NCBI GenBank assembly: GCA_945877855.1
Contig: CAMDWA010000028.1
Span: forward strand, 1-36,367
DNA from: Thermoflexus hugenholtzii JAD2
Lineage (GTDB): Bacteria; Chloroflexota; Anaerolineae; J036; Brachytrichaceae
Length of the DNA: 36,367 nt
Direction of reading: 5' to 3'
The notes beneath the pieces are model-generated. The model was given only the letters and a program-made list of their open reading frames with translations, ran no database searches and had not been told where the DNA came from. A program made the position numbers and the translations under genes. This document shows positions 23,972 to 33,412 of this stretch, one piece after another (the first letter of the stretch is position 1; the number at the start of each line of letters is the position of its first letter).

Positions 23972-24963
23972 ATACAGAAGAAATGCTCACCCAATATCAG
24001 CAAAAACCCGATGCTGACTTTGCCAAGAAATTGTATCGGCAAATCGATCAGCCAACCGCCACCCGCAAAATTGCACCAGCACGTGCCGCCACCCTCGCCA
24101 TTGCAGGGGCCGCCGCCGTTGGCATGGTGATGTTTAGCGTGCCAAATGTCAGCGAAGCTGCGCAAAACTTCCTCAATTTATTCCGAGTCAAACAAGTCAC
24201 CGCCATCGCCATTGACCCAGCACGCCTAGAAGCGCTGAGCAAAATAGCCAAAGACAACAAAATTGACCTCAAAGCGCTTATCGGCGATGACATCAAAATT
24301 ACCAAAGAGCCGGGCAAGCCCTCGCCAGTTGCCAACGCCGAGCAAGCCAGCAAATTGGCTGGCTTTACGGTAAAGATGCTCGGCCCAACTTCGGGCATGA
24401 CGATGGACAGCATCAATGTGCAAAATGAAGGGTCCTCACAAATTAAGGCCAACAGCGCCAAATTGAACGCTTTGCTCACCACCATGGGCATTACCGATAT
24501 CAAGGCTCCAGCCAAACTCGATGGTGCAACCCTTGCCGTCACCATGCCCAATGTCGTCGCCACTCGTTATTCTGGCGCACGTGGCGAGGTGCTCATTACC
24601 CAAGCCAAAAGCCCCGAAGTTACTTTACCCGATGGCGTGACGATGGCTGAATTGGGCGAGATCGGGTTACGGCTGACCGGCATGCCCGCCAACGATGCCA
24701 AACGGTTGGCTGCCACCATCGATTGGAACAGCACCTTGGTCGTGCCCATCCCCACCAATGTCGCTTCGTTCCGTGATGTCACGGTGCGCGGCAACAAAGG
24801 CGTATTAATCACCCAAAGCGGCAACGGCGCAACCGCCGCCCGCGCCAACAACAGCCCACGCGCCTCGGCGACCCTCATCTGGTCAGAGAATGGCATCGTT
24901 TACGCCGCCGCCAGCACCCTCTCACCCGACGACCTCACCGCCATCGCAGCAACATTACAATAA
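23968..24963 (+). CDS. Putative anti-sigma factor (single TM, large extracytoplasmic domain)
   Basis: ATGA overlap with the sigma gene; short N-terminal cytoplasmic segment, one TM helix (ATLAIAGAAAVGMVMFSV), then a ~270-aa external domain. Confidence 0.55.
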   Translation: MNTEEMLTQYQQKPDADFAKKLYRQIDQPTATRKIAPARAATLAIAGAAAVGMVMFSVPNVSEAAQNFLNLFRVKQVTAIAIDPARLEALSKIAKDNKIDLKALIGDDIKITKEPGKPSPVANAEQASKLAGFTVKMLGPTSGMTMDSINVQNEGSSQIKANSAKLNALLTTMGITDIKAPAKLDGATLAVTMPNVVATRYSGARGEVLITQAKSPEVTLPDGVTMAELGEIGLRLTGMPANDAKRLAATIDWNSTLVVPIPTNVASFRDVTVRGNKGVLITQSGNGATAARANNSPRASATLIWSENGIVYAAASTLSPDDLTAIAATLQ

Positions 24964-24965
24964 GA

Positions 24966-25068
24966 GTGGCAGGAGGCAAGTGGCAGGTAGCAAGTGGCAA
25001 GTAAAAAGTATCTAACTACTTTGCACTTTGCACTTTGCACTTGCCACTTGCCACCTGCCACCTGCCCC
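24966..25068. repeat. Quasi-palindromic heptamer array (GTGGCAR x~7 / YTGCCAC x~7) followed by a T-tract; probable terminator or attenuator between the anti-sigma and ABC genes
   Basis: gtggcag gaggcaa gtggcag gtagcaa gtggcaa ... tttgcac x3 ttgccac x2 ctgccac ctgcccc, then tttttt and the ABC ATG at 25075. Confidence 0.75.
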
Positions 25069-25074
25069 TTTTTT

Positions 25075-25998
25075 ATGTTCGTTATCGAAACCCAACACCT
25101 GCAAAAACAATTTGGCAATAAGCTAGCCGTTGCCGATCTTACGCTCACGGTCAACTCAGGCGAGGTGTTTGGGTTTCTGGGGCCAAATGGGGCAGGTAAA
25201 AGCACCTCAATTAAAATGTTGTTGGGGTTAGTCAAACCCAGTGCGGGCAACTGTTGGGTATTGGGGTTGCCGCCCGGCAATGTGCAAGCTCGCCGCAAAA
25301 TTGGCTTTTTGCCCGAGCATTTTCGTTTTCACGATTGGCTGACCGGACGCGAGTTTCTGCATTTTCACGGGCGGTTATATGGCATGTCGGGCCAAGCACT
25401 CAAACAACGGATCGAGACATTGCTGGCGCGGGTCGCCTTGTTAGAAGCGGGCGACCGCAAATTGCAACAATATAGCAAAGGCATGTTGCAGCGCATCGGG
25501 TTGGCAATGGCCTTGCTCAATCACCCCCAAATTGTCTTTTTAGACGAGCCAACCTCAGGGCTTGACCCATTAGGCCGCCTGCTGGTGCGCGATATCATCA
25601 CGGAAATACGCAACGAAGGCACTACTGTCTTTCTAAATTCGCACTTGCTCAGCGAAATCGAAGTGACGTGTAACCGCGTGGTTTTTCTCAAGCGCGGCAA
25701 TGTGGTGCGCGAAATCAACTTAAAAGACAATGAAATTCATATCAACGAACTCGAACTAAAATTGGGGCCGGTCGATGACAGCATTTTGCAAGGGTTAGCC
25801 CAATTTGGCAGCAATGCCCATCGAGATGGCGACCTCATTCGCATGAATATTCAAGACGAAGCCAGCCTGCCACAACTGGCCCGTTGGCTGGTCGGCCAAG
25901 GTTGCGAAATTTATCGCCTCGCTGCCCATCACCCATCGCTTGAACAACTGTTTGTTGAAACCATGACCGAAGAAAATAAGTTAACCATTGATGGTTAA
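25075..25998 (+). CDS. ABC transporter ATP-binding protein (ABC-2 / exporter type)
   Basis: Walker A GPNGAGKST, signature YSKGMLQRIGLA, and Walker B IVFLDEPTSGLD. Confidence 0.85.
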   Translation: MFVIETQHLQKQFGNKLAVADLTLTVNSGEVFGFLGPNGAGKSTSIKMLLGLVKPSAGNCWVLGLPPGNVQARRKIGFLPEHFRFHDWLTGREFLHFHGRLYGMSGQALKQRIETLLARVALLEAGDRKLQQYSKGMLQRIGLAMALLNHPQIVFLDEPTSGLDPLGRLLVRDIITEIRNEGTTVFLNSHLLSEIEVTCNRVVFLKRGNVVREINLKDNEIHINELELKLGPVDDSILQGLAQFGSNAHRDGDLIRMNIQDEASLPQLARWLVGQGCEIYRLAAHHPSLEQLFVETMTEENKLTIDG

Positions 25999-26078
25999 TG
26001 ATTAATGGTCAATGATTAATGGTTAATGATTAATGGTTAATGATTAATGATTAATGATTAATGATTAATGATTAATGG
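25995..26078. repeat. Heptanucleotide microsatellite TTAATGR x12 spanning the ABC ATPase stop codon and the permease start codon
   Basis: Units counted directly as ttaatga, ttaatgg, tcaatga, ttaatgg, ttaatga, ttaatgg, ttaatga x5, ttaatgg. The ATPase TAA (25996-98) is in unit 1 and the candidate permease ATG (26068) is in unit 11. Confidence 0.85.
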
Positions 26079-26946
26079 TAGTTTTGCTGCGTTAAAAATG
26101 ATGTTTACGATCGCCCATCTCACCTTTCATGAAGCCCTGCGCAAGCGGGTATTACTGGCGGCCATTGTGCTGGGGGCACTTTTTCTCATCGTCTTTGGCG
26201 TTGGCATTTATTTTATTAACGATGCGGTCATCCAACAAGAGTTACGATCAGCGCCGTCGGCCATTCGTGCCCAAAGCAACCGCCTCGCCTATAATTTTTT
26301 GGCGATGGCCGGGCTATACACGGTGAATTTTTTGCTGGTCATGATGGCAACCCTGTTACCCGTTGACACCCTTTCGGGCGAAATAAGCTCTGGCTCAATT
26401 CAGTCATTGGTGGTTAAACCGGTGCGGCGCTCGCAAATTGTGCTAGGCAAATGGCTGGGCTTTGCGTTCATTATGCTGATTTATGCCAGCTGCATGATTG
26501 GCGGCATCGTTGGCCTGGTGGCAATCATGACCAGCTATGACTTGCCCAATATTCACATCGCCCTGCCGATTATGTTACTCGAAACCTTGCTATTGCTCAC
26601 CTTGTCGATTGCAGGCGGCACGCGATTTACCACCTTAACCAATGGCGTTTTTGTGTTTGGTATGTTTGGCTTGGCCTTTATCGGCGGCTGGGTCGAGCAA
26701 GTCGGCGGTTTACTTGGCAATCAGGCCGCGCAAAATATCGGGGTCATCACCAGCCTCATCATGCCTAGCGAAGCGCTGTGGCGGCTAGCCGCGCATTATA
26801 TGCAACCCGATGGCATAAGCGCACTCAACATCACCCCATTTTCAAGCACCATTGTGCCCAGCCCCAATATGTTATTGTGGGCCATTGGCTACACCCTTAT
26901 TACGTTACTGCTCGCCATCCGCCACTTCTCGCAAAGAGATTTATAA
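26068..26946 (+). CDS. ABC-2 family transporter permease
   Basis: 292 aa with about 6 TM helices, located downstream of the ABC ATPase. The start is ambiguous (26068 inside the heptamer repeat, or ATG 26098). Confidence 0.65.
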   Translation: MINGSFAALKMMFTIAHLTFHEALRKRVLLAAIVLGALFLIVFGVGIYFINDAVIQQELRSAPSAIRAQSNRLAYNFLAMAGLYTVNFLLVMMATLLPVDTLSGEISSGSIQSLVVKPVRRSQIVLGKWLGFAFIMLIYASCMIGGIVGLVAIMTSYDLPNIHIALPIMLLETLLLLTLSIAGGTRFTTLTNGVFVFGMFGLAFIGGWVEQVGGLLGNQAAQNIGVITSLIMPSEALWRLAAHYMQPDGISALNITPFSSTIVPSPNMLLWAIGYTLITLLLAIRHFSQRDL

Positions 26947-26972
26947 ATTTACCGCATTTTCTCAATCATTGG

Positions 26973-27075
26973 GAGCATCCCCAAAAGACGTAACGCCGAA
27001 CGCACTGTCACTTTGTGTTTGAAGAGGGCAAAGCCTTCTTCAAACACAAAGTGACAGTGCGTTCGGCGAAAATAG
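26973..27075. repeat. ~100-bp palindromic MITE-like element (family 2, copy 1, inverted orientation)
   Basis: cgccgaacgcactgtcactttgtgtttgaagagggcaaagccttcttcaaacacaaagtgacagtgcgttcggcg plus the tail ggggatgc...cgtcttttgg. Near-identical to the copies at 32410 and 34717. Confidence 0.8.
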
Positions 27076-27166
27076 ATTTTGATTTCCCCTGTTTATTGAA
27101 TAGATATAAAAATACAATATAATATTACAGCAAAACTGAAAATCTATAATATTTCGGGGGTGTCTC

Positions 27167-29230
27167 ATGACTTCTGTTCGATTAGGCCAAATTTTTTTAG
27201 CAATGATTTTGTTGATCTCGGCGGCAAATTTACAACCTGCGCAGGCCTTGCCACCATCGCCAAATTTAACAACAACGCAAGCGATTGCACCGCAATTAGC
27301 CACTCGTGCCAACAATGCACCCAGCGCCCCAGCCGCCCCCAACGACCGGCTCATTGGCCTGGATTTAAACGAAATTAGCATTCAACCTGCCTCAAACGGC
27401 TTTGAATGGGTGGAACTGAAAAATAATTATTGGCTAGAGGTAGACATCAGCGGCTATAAACTGAGCAACGAAGAAGGCATGTGGTTCGTCTTCCCAACCC
27501 TGCCGCCAGTGCCGCCCGAAACCTTCGTGCTGGTCATCTTCGATGGCATGGGCAGCGCCGCCAACGACACCGACTCCAGCGATAAACGCATTACCTTGCA
27601 CAGCCCGCCGGATATGGTGAATGTGCTAAATGATCAAGCTGGACAACTCAGCCTATATGGGCGTGGCACACGCGCTTTTTTGCCGCTGATTGCCAACAAC
27701 CTGAGCGAAAACACCGCTGACGAACCCTCATTGCCTTGGCGTGAAGCCGGTGTGCCGCCCATTGCCATGCGCGATTTTGTAGCATGGGGAACTGCGCCCA
27801 CCGATGCCCCCGGCCCCAAAGCCGAAGCCGCAATTGCGGCAGGCTTGTGGCAAAAAGATATGTTTGTGCCACTCGACTTTGAAGGCACAACCGTTGCCAT
27901 GCAAGGCAAAACCATCGGACGTTATCCCGGCAGGTATTTGTATAACTTCGTCGAGACGGATTGGCTCATTTATTCGTCGGGCGATGTGACCCAAGGCAGC
28001 GACAATAAAAACCTCGCACCCGATATCTTATCGCCCGTCGCCAATACCACCCTAATCAATATTCAACGCCCAGAGATTATTTGGTCGCCGCTCGACTTGG
28101 TTGAAAGTTATCAAGTGCAGATTGACGACGAAGCTACCTTTGCCACACCGCTTATTTCAGGCACAGTCGCAGGCACGTTTTACTCAGCCTTGCCCACCAA
28201 CAATTTAAATTATGGGCGTTATTATGCGCGGGTCAAAGCCTTCTTTAATAATAAAACCCAGTCAGCCTTCTCGCCATCGGTGGTGTTTACCTTGGCCAAA
28301 ACAATCACGCTTGCCAGCAAATCGACCGCCGACACCTTGCCCAACTTCAGTGCTAGCCCAAATGCAGACTTACCGGTAAGTATTACTGCACCCGCCAAAG
28401 ACACGAAATCGCTCGATTTACATAATTTATGGACCAACCAAGGCGCATGGGATACCGCCCATGCCAAACCAGAAAACGCCAAAGACGTGCTACTTTACAA
28501 TAATTTCAGCACCATCCAAGCCATGGCAAAATATTATGGCGGCAACCTCAGCCAAGATCGTATTGCCTATGAATTTTGTAAAAATTATGGCGAACGTGAA
28601 TTAGATCTGTGTCCGATCAATCTCACTCGTCGCATCTTGGCTTGGAACAAAGGGGAAAATTTTCGATTGCTGTTGCAGTGGGCATTGAATGGCACTGAAG
28701 TACAGTCATATACAATAACCGAAAGGGATGATTACACTGACGAAATTGTAAATGCACTTGCGAATCGGATCCCTGTAATTATTTTTGCCAACTATCAGAG
28801 ATCAATGTCTGCGGGCATCACGACAAATATGCTAAGCAGAGATAAATTGATTGGCATTACGCCGCTCTTTAGACAACCCCATATGTTTGTTCATCCTCGG
28901 TTTCTGGTTCAGGTTAAAGCCCAAGTGACTATTTTTATCCCCAAAAACGCACCGGTCGCCAATGCACCAGCCCGCCGCGATGAAGATTTGAATAACAACG
29001 GGGTTTCTGACCTGAATGACGACACCGATGGCGACGGCGTATCAGACTTTGACGAGCGCGTGCGTTTTCAATCGCCCTTTGGCGGCTTAGATCTGGCCAA
29101 TGCTGATAGTGACGGCGACCTTGTGCCAGACAAAACCGAGATTTTTGCCTATACCAAAGACCACCGTTATGCCGATATTGACCGCGACGGCAAGCGCAAC
29201 GAAATTGACCCCGACAGCGACCGATTTTGA
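27167..29230 (+). CDS. Large secreted protein: signal peptide, lamin-tail-like domain, FN3-like domain and thrombospondin type-3 (Ca-binding DxDxDG) repeats; ends at an in-frame TGA
   Basis: Signal MTSVRLGQIFLAMILLISAANLQPAQA; LTD-like INEISIQPASNGFEWVELKNN...DISGYKL; TSP3-like DLNDDTDGDGVSDFDE, DSDGDLVPDKTE, DIDRDGKRNEIDPDSD. An AT-rich, rare-codon segment lies at about 28540-28920. Confidence 0.65.
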   Translation: MTSVRLGQIFLAMILLISAANLQPAQALPPSPNLTTTQAIAPQLATRANNAPSAPAAPNDRLIGLDLNEISIQPASNGFEWVELKNNYWLEVDISGYKLSNEEGMWFVFPTLPPVPPETFVLVIFDGMGSAANDTDSSDKRITLHSPPDMVNVLNDQAGQLSLYGRGTRAFLPLIANNLSENTADEPSLPWREAGVPPIAMRDFVAWGTAPTDAPGPKAEAAIAAGLWQKDMFVPLDFEGTTVAMQGKTIGRYPGRYLYNFVETDWLIYSSGDVTQGSDNKNLAPDILSPVANTTLINIQRPEIIWSPLDLVESYQVQIDDEATFATPLISGTVAGTFYSALPTNNLNYGRYYARVKAFFNNKTQSAFSPSVVFTLAKTITLASKSTADTLPNFSASPNADLPVSITAPAKDTKSLDLHNLWTNQGAWDTAHAKPENAKDVLLYNNFSTIQAMAKYYGGNLSQDRIAYEFCKNYGERELDLCPINLTRRILAWNKGENFRLLLQWALNGTEVQSYTITERDDYTDEIVNALANRIPVIIFANYQRSMSAGITTNMLSRDKLIGITPLFRQPHMFVHPRFLVQVKAQVTIFIPKNAPVANAPARRDEDLNNNGVSDLNDDTDGDGVSDFDERVRFQSPFGGLDLANADSDGDLVPDKTEIFAYTKDHRYADIDRDGKRNEIDPDSDRF

Positions 29231-30046
29231 GATGACCGCTCACGCGATGGCTGTGAAGATGCCAATCGTAATGGGTTTTATGATTCACAAGCCACCGGCA
29301 ATAACAAAGAAACCAACAACGCCGACCCAAGCCAAGAAAAAGACTGCAAAAACCCCGAAATTAGCATCACCAGCCCCGCCGCTGGGGCCAAGATCGATGC
29401 TTGTTTGGCCGATTTACAAGGCGAAATTGTCAGCGTGCCCGACATGAAAATTCTCACCGCCGAAATCATCGCCGCAAAACAACAATCACACGTGCAACTT
29501 TCTTTTACAAAATCGTCAGATCGTTACACGTTCAAGCAAAAATTGCCCTTATTCAAAGGCAAAAACACCGTGCTGATTAACGCTACCAATGCCGACGGCG
29601 GCTCAGATCAAGAATTGCTCGTGCTGTCGTGTGATCGCGCCGCCGATCTACATTTGCAACTGACATGGGGGCAAATTGGGCGTGATGTCGATTTGCATTT
29701 GTTGCGCGGCAGCGCCGCCCTTAATTCAAAAGATGATTGTTATTACGCCAATGCCAACCCAGATTGGGGAGATGCTGGTAACCCCGACGATAACCCCAAG
29801 TTAGATGTGGATTGCATCAGCAATTGCACCGTCGAAAACATTTACTTTACTGCCCCCAAACCGGGCCTCTATACCGTCATCGCCTATTATTACAATGATA
29901 AAAGCCAAGGCCCAACTGTGCCACAAGTGACGATTAATGCACGTGGCAAAACCTATAAATTGGGGCCACGCACCTTAGCCAAAACAGGCGACCAATGGAC
30001 GGTAGCGACCATCGAAGTGACAGCCACTGATATCATTGTCAGGTGA
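29231..30046 (+). other. In-frame, stop-free continuation of the preceding ORF after the TGA (further TSP3-like repeat, Ig-like segment, PPC-like DVDLHL domain)
   Basis: Same reading frame as 27167..29230, with no stop between 29231 and 30046. The translation DDRSRDGCEDANRNGFYD...LHLQLTWGQIGRDVDLHLL...YTVIAYYYNDKSQG continues the domain architecture. Confidence 0.55.
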
Positions 30047-30135
30047 TTGAATGACAAACCATCATTTTTCGCTGCGCCAAACGGCACAACTTCACATAAA
30101 TTCATAACCGCTGACATCGCGTTTACAATACATTT

Positions 30136-30519
30136 ATGAAAATAGCCCGCACCTTTGCAATCATGGCAATCGTCATGTTAATACTCGATCTTCTTGCCAT
30201 CAACTTTATCGTCATGCCAATGTTTAACCAATATCTGGGGGATTGGCTAACCCCCACACCACGCTTATGGGCAGCGGGTTTGTTTTATGTCATTTACCTC
30301 ATTGGCGTATATATATTGGCAATTCAACCTTCAGCAACAGCAACACAAGCACTAACCCGCGGGGCATTGTTGGGGTTAGTGGCATATGGCACATACGAAT
30401 TAACCAATATGGCAACCCTACAACGCTGGGCAATGCCTATGCTGATCGCTGACCTTGCGTGGGGCACAACCCTCACCGCCATTGTGGCATGGGCTGGGCA
30501 TAAGGCCCGCCGAGCATAA
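30136..30519 (+). CDS. DUF2177-like small membrane protein
   Basis: 127 aa with four hydrophobic helices. Family assignment is from general resemblance only. Confidence 0.4.
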   Translation: MKIARTFAIMAIVMLILDLLAINFIVMPMFNQYLGDWLTPTPRLWAAGLFYVIYLIGVYILAIQPSATATQALTRGALLGLVAYGTYELTNMATLQRWAMPMLIADLAWGTTLTAIVAWAGHKARRA

Positions 30520-30580
30520 TCAAACAATAAAATAGCTTTTTCGCTTGACATTGTCATATTCGCAAATGCCAATAGGTTTT

Positions 30581-30634
30581 CGCCAATTTCACGATCCCCA
30601 CTCAGCATAGCTAAGTGGGGATCGTGAAATCGAC
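30581..30634. repeat. REP-like palindromic hairpin element (family 1 variant) 3' of the DUF2177 gene
   Basis: gccaatttcac-gatccccact-cagcatagc-taagtggggatc-gtgaaatcgac. Confidence 0.7.
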
Positions 30635-30702
30635 ATACCTCTTGCTTAATCTGGCCTTGTCAAGTTAGTATAACGAATACCAAATACATCCTTTCCGAAA
30701 AA

Positions 30703-32352
30703 ATGAAAAGTAATATTCACGCCCCACGCGGCACCCAACTTGCCTGCAAAAACTGGCAAATCGAAGCAGCCTACCGCATGTTACAAAACAACCTCGACCC
30801 TGAGGTTGCATTTGACCCCGACAACCTAATTGTGTATGGTGGGCGTGGGCGTGCCGCTCGTAACTGGCAAAGCTACGAAGCCATTCTCGAATCATTACGC
30901 ACCCTCGAACCGACAGAAACCTTGCTGGTGCAAAGCGGCAAGCCAGTGGCAATATTTCGCACCCATGCCGATGCACCTCGGGTGCTATTGGCAAACAGCA
31001 ATATTGTGCCCAAATGGGCCACCCAAGAAAATTTCGACAAATGGGAACGCGAAGGCCTCATCATGTATGGACAAATGACCGCTGGAAGCTGGATTTACAT
31101 CGGCACTCAAGGCATTTTGCAAGGCACCTACGAAAGCTTTGGCGCACTAGCGCGCAAACATGGCTGGGGCAGCCTAAAGGGTCGGCTGGTGCTCACGGCG
31201 GGTTTGGGCGAGATGGGCGGCGCGCAGGCGCAAGCCATTACCTTTAACGAAGGCGTGGGCGTGTTGGTTGAAGTTGACCCTTGGCGCGTCGAGCGACGGC
31301 TAAAACTGCGCCAACTCGATGTGGCGACCGACAACCTTGAAGAAGCCATGACCTGGGCCGATGAAGCCAAAACCAAAGGCATCGCCAAAAGCATTGGGCT
31401 AATCGGCAATGCCGCCGAAGTATTGCCTCGTTTGCTTAATTATGGCATTGTGCCCGATGTCGTCACCGACCAAACCAGTGCCCATGATGTCATGGTTGGC
31501 TACATTCCCACAGGGCTATCGGTGGCCGAAGCCACCGAATTACGCACCTCACACCCCGACCAATATAAACAACGCGCCATGCAATCGATGGCAACCCACG
31601 TCCAAACCATGCTCGAATTTCAACGTCGGGGCAGCGTGGTGTTTGACTATGGCAACAACCTGCGCCAACGCGCCTTTGACTACGGCGTAACCGATGCCTT
31701 CAACTACCCGGGCTTTGTGCCAGCCTATATTCGCCCACTGTTTTGCGAGGGCAAAGGCCCATTTCGTTGGGTCGCCCTCAGCGGCGACCCCGAAGATATT
31801 TACAAAACCGATCGCGCCATTGCAGCCCTATTCCCCGAAAATGAACACTTGTTGCGCTGGCTCAAATTGGCAGGCGATCATGTGGCATTTCAAGGCCTGC
31901 CCGCCCGCATTTGCTGGCTGGGTTATGGCGAACGCGCCAAAGCCGGGCTAATGTTTAACGAAATGGTGGCACGCGGCGAATTAAAAGCCCCCATTGTGAT
32001 TGGGCGCGATCACCTTGACAGCGGCAGCGTGGCCTCACCCAACCGTGAAACCGAGGCCATGAAAGATGGCAGCGATGCCATTGCCGATTGGCCGTTGCTT
32101 AATGCCATGGTGAATGCGGTGAATGGCGCAACCTGGGTCAGCCTCCATCACGGCGGCGGGGTTGGCATTGGTTATAGCATTCACGCCGGTCAGGTCATTG
32201 TGGCCGATGGCACAGCCGATGCCGCCCGTCGCCTCGAGCGTGTATTGACCAGCGACCCCGGCATGGGCGTTGTTCGTCATGTCGATGCCGGTTACGATGA
32301 AGCCATCACCTTTGCCCGTGCCAACGGGGTTAAGGTGCCGATGATGAAGTAA
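30703..32352 (+). CDS. hutU: Urocanate hydratase
   Basis: 549 aa; N-terminus [32 protein letters not shown] and a body typical of HutU along the full length. Confidence 0.9.
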   Translation: MKSNIHAPRGTQLACKNWQIEAAYRMLQNNLDPEVAFDPDNLIVYGGRGRAARNWQSYEAILESLRTLEPTETLLVQSGKPVAIFRTHADAPRVLLANSNIVPKWATQENFDKWEREGLIMYGQMTAGSWIYIGTQGILQGTYESFGALARKHGWGSLKGRLVLTAGLGEMGGAQAQAITFNEGVGVLVEVDPWRVERRLKLRQLDVATDNLEEAMTWADEAKTKGIAKSIGLIGNAAEVLPRLLNYGIVPDVVTDQTSAHDVMVGYIPTGLSVAEATELRTSHPDQYKQRAMQSMATHVQTMLEFQRRGSVVFDYGNNLRQRAFDYGVTDAFNYPGFVPAYIRPLFCEGKGPFRWVALSGDPEDIYKTDRAIAALFPENEHLLRWLKLAGDHVAFQGLPARICWLGYGERAKAGLMFNEMVARGELKAPIVIGRDHLDSGSVASPNRETEAMKDGSDAIADWPLLNAMVNAVNGATWVSLHHGGGVGIGYSIHAGQVIVADGTADAARRLERVLTSDPGMGVVRHVDAGYDEAITFARANGVKVPMMK

Positions 32353-32409
32353 TTTTAGCGTTTAGATTTACAATTAAAATAATTCAAAAATAGCGAAGAT
32401 TAAAACAAA

Positions 32410-32510
32410 TTTTCGCCGAACTCACTATCATTTTGTGTTTGGAGAGGGCTTTGCCCTCTCCAAACACAAAATGATAGTGAGTTCGGCATTACGTCTTTTG
32501 GGGACGCCCC
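32410..32510. repeat. ~100-bp palindromic MITE-like element (family 2, copy 2)
   Basis: ttttcgccgaactcactatcattttgtgtttggagagggctttgccctctccaaacacaaaatgatagtgagttcggcattacgtcttttggggacgcccc. Confidence 0.8.
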
Positions 32511-32548
32511 AATGATTAAAAGATACAAAAATTCAATCGTCAATCATA

Positions 32549-33412
32549 ATGAAGACTCAAATCACCGCCCAAGCCGCATTAAGCCTATTACCCCTGCCCA
32601 ACAACCGGCGTGATGCCGAAGTCGGCAGACGTGGCACACTCATCGTCGAAATGTATGCGCCCAAAGGCACAGACCCGCAGCAACCCCACAACCAAGATGA
32701 GCTTTACATTGTCTATTCTGGCAATGGCACTTTTGTGTGCGGCGACGAGCGCATGACATTTGGCGTTGGTGATGTGTTATTTGTGCCCGCCGGTGTTACT
32801 CACCGCTTCGAGCAATTCAGCGACGATTTCGCCACTTGGGTGGTGTTTTATGGCGAAGCCGGTGGCGAGTTACCTTTGCCCGCCGCCATTGCCGAAGGCG
32901 AAAACCCGCCGCCCGACAGCGCCCTCACCCGCAATGCGCTGATTTGGCGCACCCGCAGCGCCTATGGCGTGCTAAGCGAATTTCTCGACTCGCTTAGCGA
33001 AAGCCAAGCCACCGACCCCAAAGATGCCGCAGGTTGGGCGGTCAAAGATCACGTGTTACACCTCGTGCCATGGCTGCGCAGCATGATTTGGGTGATGAAT
33101 AAACGCCCCAAAGTGGATGGCATGGGAATAAGCAAGGAGCAATATGCCCAAGGCTTTGATGTCGTCAATGACATTATCTTCCAACGCGAAAAACACCGCA
33201 GTTTTTACGATGCCCGTTGGCAACTGCATCGCTGTTATAGCGAATTTATGGCGCTATTAATGTCATTACCCAACGAGGCCGTGTTGCAGCCGTTTAAATC
33301 CTATCAAACGGATTCAGACAAAACCGATCCGGTTATCTTTTGGCTATGGGGCAACAGCGGCGGGCATTTTTATGAACATTTGCCTTGGATGAAAGCCATT
33401 ATCAACCAATGA
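32549..33412 (+). CDS. Cupin-domain protein fused to a DinB/ClbS-like helical domain (hypothetical), inserted between hutU and hutI
   Basis: N-terminal cupin motifs (GTFVCGDERMTFGVGDVLFVPAGVTHRF); a C-terminal ~170 aa with a VKDHVLHLVPW-type helical-bundle motif. ATGA overlap with hutI. Confidence 0.35.
   Translation: MKTQITAQAALSLLPLPNNRRDAEVGRRGTLIVEMYAPKGTDPQQPHNQDELYIVYSGNGTFVCGDERMTFGVGDVLFVPAGVTHRFEQFSDDFATWVVFYGEAGGELPLPAAIAEGENPPPDSALTRNALIWRTRSAYGVLSEFLDSLSESQATDPKDAAGWAVKDHVLHLVPWLRSMIWVMNKRPKVDGMGISKEQYAQGFDVVNDIIFQREKHRSFYDARWQLHRCYSEFMALLMSLPNEAVLQPFKSYQTDSDKTDPVIFWLWGNSGGHFYEHLPWMKAIINQ

Noticed and set aside
25995-26078. Reading the TTAATGA repeat as a coding poly-peptide repeat
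   Set aside because: Every unit contains in-frame stops in all three frames, so it cannot encode a repeat protein. It is intergenic.
30642-30680. HutC (GntR) operator or sigma70 promoter upstream of hutU (gttagtataac, ttgtca)
   Set aside because: Only a partial match to the GT-N-TA-N-AC core, and the hexamer spacing is wrong. Too weak to call.
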